From: the human T2T-CHM13v2.0 reference genome, Homo sapiens
Strand: one strand, 5' to 3'
NCBI RefSeq assembly: GCF_009914755.1
Contig: NC_060927.1
DNA length: 64,000 bases
Shown: positions 1 to 13,700 of the stretch, piece after piece
Layout: each line of letters opens with the position of its first letter
Numbering within the stretch: the stretch's first letter is position 1
Notes under the pieces: generated by a model
Told to the model about the DNA's origin: nothing
Databases searched by the model: none
Seen by the model: only the letters and a program-made list of their open reading frames with translations
Position numbers and translations under genes: made by a program

Positions 1-55
1 TGAGTGGATGGATAAGTAGATGAATGGATGGATGAGGGATTGGATGGAGGGCAGA
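1..55. repeat. Degenerate (GGAT)n simple repeat
   Basis: tggatggataagtagatgaatggatggatgagggattggatgg. Confidence 0.7.
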
Positions 56-1049
56 ATGAGATTTTATTCACCTGTCTTCCAATATGGTTGCTGCCCTCCC
101 CTCTGCTATGGCCCAAGTCAGCAGGACCCACTAAGAAATTATAGCAGCCTTTTACTTAATCTCTTAAAATTCAGGGACGGGGCTGAAAGACAAATTTCTC
201 TTTCAGCACTGAGGTTTATGTTTACATAACAATAAAATTATAGATATGAAACTGTATATCTATATATCTATATAATGTTACAGGAAAAAGTTAAATTGAA
301 GGATTAATAATGTATGTAAATACATAAAACTTCTAATATGTATTTATATGGCCTCTAAAAGAACACAATAAAGAGAGTACTACTCAAAGAAAAAACACAT
401 CATCTTAATGGCATTTGCAATATTTTAGATTCGTAATAATGGGCCCTATATAATTAATTCATGAGAAATATTTTCAAGGTCTTCCTTCTTTGACATTTCA
501 AAAAGATGCCTTCAGAGGACCTGGAGCTTAAAAAAGAAAAAAGGAAAGAAAAGAGAAGATTTTTAAAATCTTACAAAAAGATGCCTATAAAAAAATCCCT
601 GTACATTCATTTGCCTTTGCTGCAAATAACATGCACCCGGGAAGCACCATTTTTCACCTACTTCATCCCCCACACAGACCCGAAAGCCTTTCTGACATTA
701 TGACCCAGGGTCCCCACAGCATGACTGGAGTGACTCATCAATTGTCCTGCTCTATTCTAATGGCTCCTAGTGTGGAGATAGGACCCAGGGGTCCAGCCAC
801 AGAGACAAGCATTTTAAACTAGGGGAGAGCACAGTTAGGGAGGAATTCCTGTACCTGCCCCATCCACCTTACAGGGTTTCTGAGAGAACCCCTGAAGCAA
901 AATGGATCAGAAGGCTCTTTGTCACTTTCCAGGCCCTGAGTAGAAATTCATGTCATGGCTATTAGAGGAGGATTGTCCTTTCAGAGAGACTCTGACTTGG
1001 GTTGGGTCACATCACTCATCTGTTCAGAAGGCTCTGGAGCCCCCTCTCA

Positions 1050-1485
1050 CATGGCAAATATAAGCAAAGCCCTCCCCACAACCTGCAGGGCCATTTATGG
1101 TCTGGCCCCACTAACTTTCCAAGCTCGTCTCTTACAACACTCCCTCTACCAACTGGAATTTGACCTACCAAGCTCGATCCTCACCCCTTCCTCACCCCAG
1201 GACCTTTGGACTTGCTCTTCCCTCTGCCTGGAACACTCTTCCCTCAGAAGTGCCCACTTTTTGAGCTCTCTGCACAAACACTTCCTCATCACACTGAATC
1301 TTCCTCACCAACCCTATCTGAAATACCACCCACTTCCTACTCTGTCCCCTTTTTCTTCATGGCAATAATGTATTAATTTACTTATTGTCTGACTCCTCAA
1401 ACAGAATGAAACATCCATTAAGGCAGGGACATTGTCTGTCTTACTCATTGGTGTATTCATGGCACTTACAACATCAGTAGGTACT
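1050..1485 (+). mobile_element. L2 LINE 3' fragment, interrupted by the MLT1 LTR; tail resumes at ~2059-2085
   Basis: L2-like 'cttgctcttccctctgcctggaacactctt' and 'ggcagggacattgtctgtcttactca'; the terminal 'gtgctcagtaaatacttg' lies after the LTR. Confidence 0.6.
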
Positions 1486-2058
1486 TGTATTAGTTATCTA
1501 TTGCTATGTAACCAATGATCACTAAGGTAGTAACTTAAAACAACCCATGTTTACTATCTTAAAGTTTCTGTGGGTCAATAATCTGAGCATGGATTAGCTG
1601 AGTCTTCTGTAGTAGACTTTCTCATCAGGCTGCAATCAAGGTGTTGGCCAGAACTGGAGTCTCATCTGCAGGTCTGATTGAGGAAGATCCTACTTCCAAG
1701 CTCATGTGGTTCTTGGCAGGATTCAGTTCCTTGTGAGTTACTGGACTGAGAGTCTCAGTTCTTGCTGGCTGTGGCCAGAGCCCAATCTCAGTTGATTTCC
1801 AGGGGGTTTTCTCCATAGAGTAGCTCACAATATGGCATCTTGCTTCATCAAAGCCAGTAAAGAACAAAGTCTGCCAACAAGACAGAAGTTGCTTCTTATG
1901 TAACATAATCATAGAAGTGTTGTTTCATTGCCTTGCCATATTCTATTGTTAGAAGCAGGTCTCAGGGCCTGCCAACACTCAAGTGGAGGGGATTACATAG
2001 GGTGTGAATGCCAAGAGGTAGGGACTGTTGGGAGTCAATTTAGAGTCTGTCCACCATG
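1486..2058 (-). mobile_element. MLT1 (MaLR) solo LTR, MLT1F-like
   Basis: Begins tgtattagttatctattgct; MLT1-type body (ttggcaggattcagttccttgtg, gggtgtgaatgccaagagg); degenerate 5-bp TSD gtact/gtgct. Confidence 0.75.
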
Positions 2059-5000
2059 GTGCTCAGTAAATACTTGCAAAATGTTAAATCCAATGTTGAA
2101 AACTGATGCTCGGGTAGAAGAACTGTGAGAATCAAGATTTTTGCAATTCATCTCTTACACAATGTAGAACTTCTGTGAAATTTACTTTGTTCTTTTCTCA
2201 ACTTCCCTCTGATGCTTTGTGGCTAGCTGGCTTGTGTGCCTGCACAGGCTGCCCCAAGTTTTAGGGATTCAATCAAGAGAGACGACCCACATGCAATCCT
2301 GGCCCTTCAAGACTCTACAACCCAAAGATCACCATTCAGAGCTTATTCCTTACCCACCATGATCTCCAGAATTGGAGAGTTGCAGCTTTCCTTATTCAAT
2401 GCTGGAAATGTTGTTCTTATTGAACAGGCACTTGCATTGATGAGGTCTTGTTGCTAGCCAGGTTAATAATGCATCCAAAGGAAAAAAAAAAAACTGTGCA
2501 GTCGGGTGGATCTTATTAATATGATTCAATTTTAAAAGGGCTATTACTTCAGAGTCATAATGTCTGGGATGCTGTTAAAGAATCCTTTTTTTTTTTTTTA
2601 ATAAGTCACCATGACAACAGAGAGACACCCCATCCCCCAGCCTGAATCAATTACAGATTTGTCTGTGTAGGGGATTAGAATGCCTTCAACTTACTGGGAA
2701 TTATTCTTTGCTGCATTTGGCAAAAGCCCTGGCTTCTTGTCCAGAGTACACAGGAGTCCCAATCCATCAATATTCACTGATGAAGCATCACTGTTCATTA
2801 ACAGGAACTCGGTCAGCAGACATTTATTGATCACCAGGCATGTGAAGGCACTCTGGGGCATTCAGGGACATGGCCATCTGAGAAGCTGACAGGCCCACTA
2901 TGGTGACAAATCACAGCTAGTCAAGGCAGTAGAAGCCACATAGGGCTGACCTGCACAAGGGACCTGAGACCAACCAAGACATGACATGCAGCCTTCACAG
3001 TTCTGATTGGTGGGGGAGGGCTGGACTGATGGGAGGACCAAGACCACATAGAGGAAAATGACCCTGGGCCTTAATTTTATGCAAACCCAATGAACAAATT
3101 TCTGGGTCAAGTTGGTCATGTCACTTAACCTCTTTGGCCTTTACTTTTATCCCTTACATGAAATGGGATTAAGGTTCTCCCTGATGAACTCCTGGGATCA
3201 CAGGGAGCATCACAGAAGAAAACAGAAGAGTAGGCTTGGTAAGGACAGTGCTTCATTATCTATGTAAAGGAATAAGGACAGGTGGACCTCAAGGTGGCCA
3301 CTGGGATGGGCAGAGGGGAGGAGGGAGAAGGGCCTTCCCAGCCTGGAGGGGCAAAGAAGTTTGAGCAGGAAGCCCCAGCTGAGCAGGGGCCATGCTAAGA
3401 GGAGCCTCCACAGTGGTTCCCAGCCCTGCTTTTTGTGGCTGTTCACCCATCAGGAGAAGCACACACAGTGAACCTCAATCCAGTGAGAAGACAGTGCTCC
3501 CTGCAAGCTGGATCATGAGACAACAAGCCCGGGCATCTCCACCACATGGGGGTCCATTGCTCTGTACCTTCCAGCTGCCACCTGGAGCACAAGTGGGCTG
3601 CTGGGTTCAAGGGATGAGGTGGGATAGGAATTGTGAGTTACTGAAGTGGGCAAGACCATTGCCTCCAAGTCCTTCCTCAACCTCATTCATGTCTGTCTGT
3701 CACCCTGCCTGTCCTCCCCATTGCTCCTCCCTTCCCCAGACTCCTATTCTACCATCACATCCATCCCAGCTTGCTAGCCATCCAGCTGCCCTAGCGCTTC
3801 CTTGCCATTGCTAAGAAGAAAGGCAGCCCTGTTGGCATTGCCTGTTATTCTGTGCATGATACTGAGTGCTTGTTTTGTGGAAGGCAATGGTTCCCAAACT
3901 TGGCTGGCCCTCAGGGCCATCCCCAGACCTCCTGAACAGGCCAACAAATTCAGCAGGGTAAAGCAACCAGGGGCCCAGGCCACAAATCTTAGGAGGCTAT
4001 TGCTTCAGGGTCTTGCAAGTGCAGGGTCTGCTCCTGAGAACGGGGGCTCCTTGAACTTTTCACCCTAGGCTCCTCTCTTATTCCACCTTTGTCTCAGCCC
4101 AGCTCCTGAGAAAAATCTGTGTGTGTGTGCTTTGAATCTGTATTTCAACCAGTGCCCAAGTCCAGTGCCCAGGCCAGGGTTTTGTACCCACTGCCCTATA
4201 GGAGTACTAGTGGGGCCTGTCTAAGCTCTCCTGGATATTCGGAATAAGGAGAGAGAACAGGGTTTCCAAGAAGTAGTTCCCCACTTTTGGGACGTGGTAG
4301 AGGGGACACATTCTTTGCCTCCTCCAGCCTCAACATGAAGCCCTGGAGGTGGTGATGGTTTGATGGATGCCAGAGCAGCTGACACCTGCAAGGCTCAGCA
4401 TTCCATCTCCCTGGAGAAGCCCGCCTTCCCCCTTTGCCATCCTCTTGCCCACCCCAGGCCACCTGGCCCAGGGAATAGAGCATCCCAGATACTGTGGTCC
4501 TTCTCCAGTCTGCATATGTCAAAACCTGGGGTAAGAGTCAAACACGGTATCTCTGTAGGGTAGAGTCTCTCCTCTTGTCCATAATTCTGTATGAGGTGAC
4601 CAAGGAGGGGCCTCCAGGAACCCCCACAGGCTGACTTTGCCCAAGGCCAAGCAGCAGGTCCCACTCTTTCCCCCACTGCAAAACCCCATTGCAGTGGTCC
4701 CTAAACCTATTGTGATGTTCCCAAATAAAGTCTCCTGTACCATGCTTTAACAGGTATCACTGAATAATTTTTTCTTTAACAACACCATAGCCTAGGAGAA
4801 GAACATGGTGCTTCTCACTTTCACCCAAAAGGACTGGTAACTTGGATCCTTTAAAGTCAAAAGTGAGTTTTGACTGTACACAGGGTGACTATTTGTGAGG
4901 AATTGGGAGACTAAAAGGGGCTGAGACATTCACCAAGGTCCAGACATGACACCGCACCTTACCTGGGCCAGGAGCCAGCATAGGTAGGGAGGATGTTGAG

Positions 5001-5129
5001 ATCCTCCATCCTCCCAAACTCTCTTGGGCCCAACAGGGGTTTCCACCAGGAGGAGTGAGAATTAATGGAGGAACCCAAGTTGTCGGATGGAAGGGGAATG
5101 AGACTGAGAAGGGAGGCAAGAGTCAGGCA

Positions 5130-5315
5130 AACAGAGGTCAAACCTGGCTCCGCCCAGAGAGCCGTGTGATGCTAGGCAGGCTGTTGAAACCTCTGAGCAT
5201 CATTCTCCTCATCTGTAAAATGGAGTTAATATTCCCAACAACCACTGGAGCTTGAATGAGATGGTATATGTGAAGATGTTTAGCAAAAGGTCTGGTGCAC
5301 AGGAGGTGCTCAATA
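5130..5315 (+). mobile_element. MIR SINE
   Basis: MIR core 'aacctctctgagc...ctcatctgtaaaatggag' and tail 'tgcacaggaggtgctcaataaa'. Confidence 0.7.
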
Positions 5316-6759
5316 AAGGGCAGTTGTTTTTATGGGTCATTTAGAATTCTTGAGGAAGCCCTTCTCCTGAGAGAGAAGCACATACAGACGTGCTTTGCTT
5401 TTGAGCTTCAGTTGAGAGTCATGGCCTTCAGAATATGGAAAGAGAGTCCCATCTGCAAACTGTCTTCTGCCTGAGAGGCCAGGCTGTGCAAAAACCCTGA
5501 AGCGCCCAGGACATGGCTCTGCCACATCTGCCCCTGCCAGAACCATGGAGGGAAGAAAGGCTAGGCTGACTTCTGCTCACCCAACGGACCTTCACCTCTG
5601 GGAAACCTTCCCTCTTCTCCAGGCCAGGTTAGGCCCTCCTGCTCAACCCCTATCACTGACTCAATATTGTAGTCTGTTGCTCGTTTGATCATATGTGTTC
5701 TTAAACAGGCTTTGGGGGCTGTCAGGCAGATACCCGTCAAGATACTCAGCACAGTGCTGAGAATGCCTTAAACACTCAATAAATGAATGAATGGAGATTG
5801 GAGACCTCTTGAAAACACACTTCATTCTTTGTCCATCCTGCCACACTACCATTATGCTGGCCTCTTACTCTTCCAAAAGGACTTAGGTTGATCCTGCCTT
5901 TGTTTACCCAGGATAATGGGAGATCACCCCAGTTGTCCCAAGCCTACCTCCTACCCTGCCCCAGCCTGTGGCTCAATTCAACCTCTCTGTTTTAGGCTAT
6001 TTTGAAACCCACGTAGGATCCAAGGTAGTGGGGATGGGGTGTTGGAGCCAGGTATGATGGGAGGGAGGAAGGGTCAGAGGACGAGGGAGTTAGGACTCCT
6101 TAGCTCTTTGCTCCCTGTGAGGTGTGTGAAAATTGTTGGTACTCTGGGAATTGAAGGAGCAGCTAGCTCTAGTATTAGCCAGCTAGACCTAACATTGCTT
6201 TAGTTACTTGGGTGGAAGGGATCTTTTAGGCCCCCATTAAAGGCAGATGAACAGGTCTCTGACATCCAGGATTACGTAGAGCTGGGAATTGTTGGTGCTC
6301 CCACCAGCCATAGTGGGGAAACCTTGTAATGCGTGGGAACTTAAATAAAGTACTCAAAAGGGTATTATCCTAGTAATGGGGAAAAACCATGTATAGACTA
6401 AAGGCTGGTCTGATCCCACATAACAAAGCATAAACATAAATATTCAAACAGAGCAAACTGTTTCTAAGTAACTTATGTGTCCTAGAACAAAGTTCAAAAA
6501 TATTTGTTAGAAAACAGGAATATTCAGTACCCACAAAAATATAATTTACATTGTTTGGCATTGAATCAAAAATTACCAGGCATGTAAAGAAGCAAGGAAC
6601 TACATCCCATGATAAGGGGAAAAAAATCAAAATCAACCCAGAAATTATACATTAAATAAATAGGCACATTAAAAAACTCACAACGCTACTATATACGGTC
6701 AATAAAGTAGAGGAAAATATGAGCATGTTAAATAGAGACATGAAAAATACTTTTTAAGT

Positions 6760-7045
<286 letters not shown>

Positions 7046-7568
7046 TGAAAAATACTTTTTAAGTAAAGCTTCAATCAAGTGTCTAGATATAAAAAATAAA
7101 ATATCAGAGACAAAAAATGCACTGGATGAGACTAACAACAGATTAGACATGGCAGAAAATAAAAGATAGGTGAACTTGAAGATGTAGAAATAGAAACTAA
7201 AACAAAACACAGAGAAAAAAAGATGGAAAAAAATGAAGAGTATCAGTGAGCTGTGCTACAATTTCAAGCAGTCTAATATGTGTGTAATTGGAGTCCTCAA
7301 AAGACAGTAGTGGACAGAAAAAATATTTCAAAAAATAATGGCAGAAATTGTTATAAATTTGGCGAAAACTTCATATATAAAGAAAATTAGACCAATGTGA
7401 ATCATAATCTAATTGCTTAAAACCAATGATAAAGAGAAAAGTATAAAAAGCAAGCGGGGGGAGGGGGGCACAGGCATTACATAAAGAGAAAGAAATATAA
7501 GAATGACAATGGACTTCTTTTCAGAAACAATGCAAATAGGAAGACAGTGGAAGAACATCTTTAAAGTA

Positions 7569-7700
7569 CAGTCATGTGCTCCATAACAGATGCTGCAATG
7601 ATGGATCACATATATGACAGTGGTCCCATAAGATTATAATAGAGCTGAAAAAGCCCTGTTAGCTAGTGATGTTGTAGTCATTGTAACATCATAGCACAAT
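7569..7700. mobile_element. Tigger3-family (Golem) DNA transposon terminal fragment inside the L1
   Basis: TA + TIR cagtcatg, then 'cacatatatgacagtggtcccataagattataat', shared with the element at 59491. Confidence 0.65.
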
Positions 7701-10700
7701 TGCTTAATTTTTTAAATAAAAATTCTATAAAACCTTCCCATAAAGAAACTCCAGGTCAAGATGGCTTAGTGGTGATGCCTATCAAACATTTAAGGAAGAA
7801 ATAATACTCATACACATAAAGTTTTCCAGAAACTGAAATAGGAATGAGCATTTCCTAAGTCATTCTATGAGGCCAGCATTACTCTGATACCTGGACCAAA
7901 CATTATGAAAAAAGGAAAATTATAAATCAATATCACTCATGAACATAGACATAAATATTCTTTAAACATTTTTAGCAAATCAAATACAGCAATGTATTAA
8001 AAGGGTAATGTATCATGACCAAGTGGAGTTTAGCCCCAGAAATCCAAGGCTGGCTTAACATTAAAAAATAATCAGTACAATTTACCATATTAGCAGATAA
8101 AAAAAGAAAACCATATGATCGTCTCAACTAAAAACTGTATGATCCATCTCTTTATATGGACGAAGAGCAACTGAGAAGATCCAACATCTATTACTGATTT
8201 AAAAAAAAAAACCTCTCAGTAAATTAGGAATAGAAGGAAACTTCAACATGATAAAAGCAATTTATGAAAAGCCCATAGTTAACATCATACATAATGGTGG
8301 ATGTCAAAGACCCTCTAAGATCAGGAACAAGGCAAAGATGTCCAATCTTACCACCCCTGTTTATGCCATTATACTAGGTTTCGGTCAGTGCAAAGTAACA
8401 AGAAAAAGAAATAAAAGGCATCCAGATTGAAAAGGAGGACGTAAAACTGTCTTTATTCACACATGACATAATCATCTCTGCAGGCAATCTTAAGGGACCT
8501 AAAAAAGCTGCTAGAACTAATAGATTAGTTTAGCAGAATACAAGGTCAGTATACAAAACTCAATTTTATTTATGTCTACTACCAATGAACAATTAGAAAT
8601 AGAAACTTAACAATATCATTTATAACAGCATCAAAAATTTTGAATCCGTAGGTGTAAATAAACAAGAAACGTATAAGACCTGTGCAATGAAAACTAAAAC
8701 ATTGCTAAGAAAAATTAAAGAAGATGCGAACAAATATAAAAATATGGTGTACATGTGTCAGAAGATTCAATACCGTTAAGGTATCTAACCTTTCCAAAGT
8801 GATCTACAGATTCTATACAATCCCAGCCAAGTTTCTAACAAGGATTTTTTTTTTGTAGAAATTTACAAGCTGATTCTAAAACTTATATGGAAATGAAAAA
8901 GACATAGAGTGATCAAAACAATTCTGAAAAAAATAAAATTAGAAGACTTATGCTCTTGCCATCGGGATTTATTATAAAGCTACTGTAATCAAGACAGTTT
9001 GGCATTATCATAAGATAGACATTTAGATCAGTAGAACAGAATAGAGAGTTCAGAAATAGACCCACAGATACAAATCAATTAATTTCCTACAAAGGTGTCC
9101 AGGCAAGTAACTGGGGAAGGGATAATGTTTACAACTGCTGCTAGACTAGTTGGAATCATATGTAAAAACTTGACCCTTACCTCATACCCTATATAAAAAT
9201 TAACTTGAAATAGAACATAGACTTAAATATCAGAGCCAAAACTGTAAAACTTCTTGAGGAAGTTAGAAGAAAATCATAGTTGTATTGGGTTTGGCAAAGA
9301 TTTCTGAAAGAGAACACAAAAATCAAGAACTGTAAAAAAAAAAAAAAATCAATAAGTGGCACTTTATCGACATTTAAAACTTTGTTCTTCAAAACACATT
9401 GTAATGAAAATGAAAAAGGCAAACCCATAGGCTGGAAGAAAATATTTGCAAATGTAAATCTGACAGATTTGTGTCTAGAATATATACAGAACACTCACAA
9501 CTCAATAATATGGCAAACAACCCAATTAAATAGTCAAAAGATTTGAACAGATGCTTCACCAAGGAAGATACACAGATGGCAAATAAGCACATGAAAAGAT
9601 ACTCAGCATCATGAAACAATGGTGAATTACAAATTAAAGCAAAAACAATATTGCTACCCACCCACCAGAATGGCTAAAATTAAAAATATTGACCATACCA
9701 AGTGTTGGTGAGGATATGGAGCAAAAGGAATTCTCAGCATTACTGATGAGAGTGTAAAATGATATAAGCAGTCTGGAAAACAGTTTGACAATTTCTTTAA
9801 AGGTTAAACATATCCCTATCATGTGACCCAGCCATGCCATTCCTAGATAGTTACACAAAAGCAATGAAAGAATGTGTTCATTGGTACAAGTACTAATACT
9901 TGTACACAAATGTTCACAGAAGCTTTGTCATAACCCAGTCTGGAAACAACCCAAATGTCCATCAATGGTGAATCAAAAACAAACTGTGGGATATCCTTAC
10001 CATGGAAAAATAGTCAGCAATGAAAATGAATAAGTTATTGATACGAGCATCACTGTGGCTGAATTTCAAAATAATTGCGCTAAGTAAGTGAAAAATATCC
10101 AGCAAAAAAAAGCATACATACTATATGATTTCATTAATACAAAATTTGAGAAGATGCAAACTACTCCATAGTGATAGAAAGCAGATTCATGGTTTGGACT
10201 AGAGTGGTGATGGAGACGACTAAAGTGGGCAAATTAGAGGAATATTCACAGAGGGAATGATGAACAGGACTTGGAAAAAGACCAGATGTGGAGGATGAGG
10301 GAGAGAGAGGTGTTTCCCATGTTTCTAATTTTCAGATTAGGACAGTTGGCACAGGCGCTATTCCCTACAACAGAAAACACCAGTTAAGTTTTGGACATTA
10401 TGGAGTTTTTGGTGCTTTGAGAAGTTCAACGGAATCACTGAGTAAGCAATTGGATATTCTGGTCTGTCCTCAACAGGGAGGTGTGGGCTGAAGGCAAAGG
10501 ATCTCAGAACCCAAGGCAACTCAGCCAGTGTTCATGAATATAAGTCGCCTGGATCCACTGAGGGAAGTGGTGAGCCCAAGTAGTTTCGGGATGCAATTTG
10601 TGAACAATCCAAACTTGTAAGATAAATTTGTTCTGCTCCTCTTTGGAGAATACTGAGATGTTTTATTTTCTTTTTATTTAGTGGCTTAAAAAACATATAT

Positions 10701-13700
10701 ATGGGGCAAAGAACCCAGTGCAGTTTAGTGAAAAGGGCCCTGAAACGTTCAGGAGGCCTGGATTTTAGTCCTGGGTCTCCCACTACCTAATTTTGTGACT
10801 GATTTTGGGTAAGTTGATTCTTCTCTGTCTCTTGTTTATTCTGGGCATAGAATTCTACACTGGCAATGACTTACAGCACTTTACGGCTGTTTTCTAGCTT
10901 CCAATCTCTCTCCTTTGGGTCCTAACTGGAAGTCTAGGGTATCGCCTGGGCCCCATCTCTCATGGACCCTGAACTACAATTGCTGTTTCTCAAGTGGCCA
11001 TGAGACTGCAGAAAGCTCCGTCAGCTGCTCAACCTCCTCTCATCTCCTTTCTGATTAACATTCCATTATAAAACAAGAAGTATGGTCTTTTAGCCCATCT
11101 ATCCATTCATCCAATTTTCATACAGTACCTACTATGTGCCTGGTATTGTTTTAGATGGAATAGAAAGCCAGAGTCCTTGTTGTCCTTTTATGACTTCTAA
11201 ATGTTATTTGTGTTCATCTAGTACTTGTTTGTTTCTTTTTTTTCTTTAGAAGCCTCTTTCAGTTGGGCTTAGAGGTTAGAAGACAAAAATGAGTATTTAG
11301 ATCTATGATTCAGCAAATTACTGCAGTTCTTTGATTTTTTGGCTTAAAGTCAAGTTCAGAGCCATCTCTTATTTTTATTTAATGTGGTTATTTTGTGTTC
11401 TGTTCTTCCAGATTTGGCTTTCTAATTAAATTTCACCCAGATAGATGGGAAAATGAGTTTGCCTCCCTAGCTGCTCTCAGGAGGGGGAAGGGACTTGCAT
11501 AATAGGCCTGCTAGGGGTGGGGAGAAGGGATTACAGCTGGTGGTAAGTAAAATGAATCATGCATACATAAATAATAGAGAACAGACCACCCTGGAGCTGG
11601 CCTGGATTGCATTTTTAAAAACTATACATGTGTTAGAGACAGTGCAGCATTTCTGCAAGAAGCTAAGGATGATCTTTAGCTTTTTGCAAGATATTTATCT
11701 CCCTGAGGCCCTGCAGTTGCCAGGTGTGGGGTAGAAGTGTGAATGAGGCCATATTCTCTCTTTACATCACAGTTTGATATTCTCTACTATATTAATCAAC
11801 ATAAATCTATTATGTATAATTTTAGTTTTAATCTTTATTTTTGTGTGCTTTGTATTTTTCCAAGTTTCAACAATGAATAGGTACTTCTTTTGTCATCGGA
11901 GAAACAAAACCCATGGTAAATGGAATTTTGAAATGAAATTTATTCTCTGGATACTGTGATGGGCACAGAAGAAAGGTTTAGTGTGGATGTATAAAATCTG
12001 TCATAAGTCAAGACTGCAGGCAGCACAGGCCTTTGGAACTTAGAACATGGTGCAAATAACCACTCCACCTCCATCCCCTAGAGGACTCCCTGGTATTGTC
12101 ATCTGTCATCTCAGTCTCTGTCCTAGACTATTTGTCTTTCCCCATGGTAAAGTCCCTTTAAGTGTAGAGGCAGTAGCTCATTGTTTCTTTAAGTCTACAG
12201 TACGGGACAAAGGAGGCTGTGCAAATATTTGTACAATTTTTGCTCAAAGGCTTGAAAGTGAATTGAAGCTGGACACCTGCTCCCAGTTGCTTATAGTCTA
12301 GGAAGGGATCACTTGTGTAACATGGGAGCAAATGCTGCCTAGCGGAATATTCGTGACTTGGGTGAGTCTGGGACTATTTTTATAAGATGGGTGGGCTCTG
12401 CTTTTAATGAATGTTGAGGGTTTCCTTGGAGGTCAAGATGTGAATTTGGAAAGGACAAAGGAGCAGGCTGGGAATAAGAGGGGAGACAAAAGTTATTGAG
12501 CATACTGCATGCACTTTTCATTTCTACAGTTTACAGTTACCAAAGAGGATGGCTTGCTCATTTATCATATGAATAACGGTGATGATAGTTGCTATTTTAC
12601 AGGAACTAATGTGTGAGGTCCTATGCTAGAGGCTTATACTAGTCAAGACTCTCTTGGTTGCAAGTGACAGAGAAAGCCAATTCTAATTTGCTTGGGGGAA
12701 AATGGGGTATTTACTGGAACACGTACTTGAAAAATCCAGTGGTATGTGGGATTCAGGCACAGCAGAAACCTGCCTATGACATCCATTCTGTTGTGAAGGT
12801 AAACAAAAAAGAAAGAAAGAAAGAAACCTGCCTATCTCACCACTCTGCTTTCCTCTGTCAGCTGCAGTCTCTGGCACAGTCTCCCCAGGTGCTGGCCAGA
12901 TGGTCCCCAGCTGTGTCAGGCTGCCATCCTGCCTCTTCAGCAACCACGGAGGAAAGAGATTTAGTGGGAGTAATGGTCTTGAGATGCTTCCTCATATCTA
13001 TTTTCCCTGTAGGAAGCTTTTCTTTTTTCTTCCCTATAGCCCCTTTCTCCATTAAGGCTCGGTGGGTACCACTCAGAACCCAGAGTCCACAGGGGGAGGA
13101 GATGCCTCCTCTAGAATGGAAGGTAGCATAGACATCCTCAGGGAATCGGGAAGGTGAGGTAAAGAAACAGGATGTGAGTCTAGGGAGTGTATGATGCCTG
13201 ATTCCATGAGGGCCTGAGGCTATCCCTATACCAAGTGTGGACCTAGGGAAGGGGGTGGTACAAAGACACAGATCTCAGATAGGTTAAGGAGGAAGCTGAA
13301 AGCAGAAAGGGCCTGTGTCCTATCTCCAGGCTGAGACTCTGCCCCCACAGTATGCCCTGCGCTGTCAAGCAAAGCGCTGGTGTGGCAAATTTTGCAGAGA
13401 AATGGCTAGAGATGGTGCCCTGAGTTACCTTTAGTCCCCTTGTGACAGAGAAGGGATCCAAGAGTGCCTACATGCTCCCTGCTGAGGGTGATAGTGTGTC
13501 CACGAGTGAACCCACCTGCCATGGAGTCACAGAGGCTGAGAGCACAGCATGGACATGTGGCCCAATCCTGCAAACAAAGCCAGGTCCAAGGCTAGTTGCA
13601 ATGGCTGGCAGAGAAGCTGATTTTCTGCTAGAACTAGAGCTGTGAGGCTGTGAGCCTGGATCTGCCAGGGTCTCATGTGCGCATGAAAGCGTAGTTCATG

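Noticed and set aside
215-600. AT-rich stretch possibly derived from an old DNA transposon (similar case at ~20260-20520)
   Set aside because: No TIRs or family motif that I can identify with confidence without a Dfam search
8248-9909. ORFs resembling L1 ORF2 pieces
   Set aside because: Fragments of a heavily mutated L1; not an intact or active element
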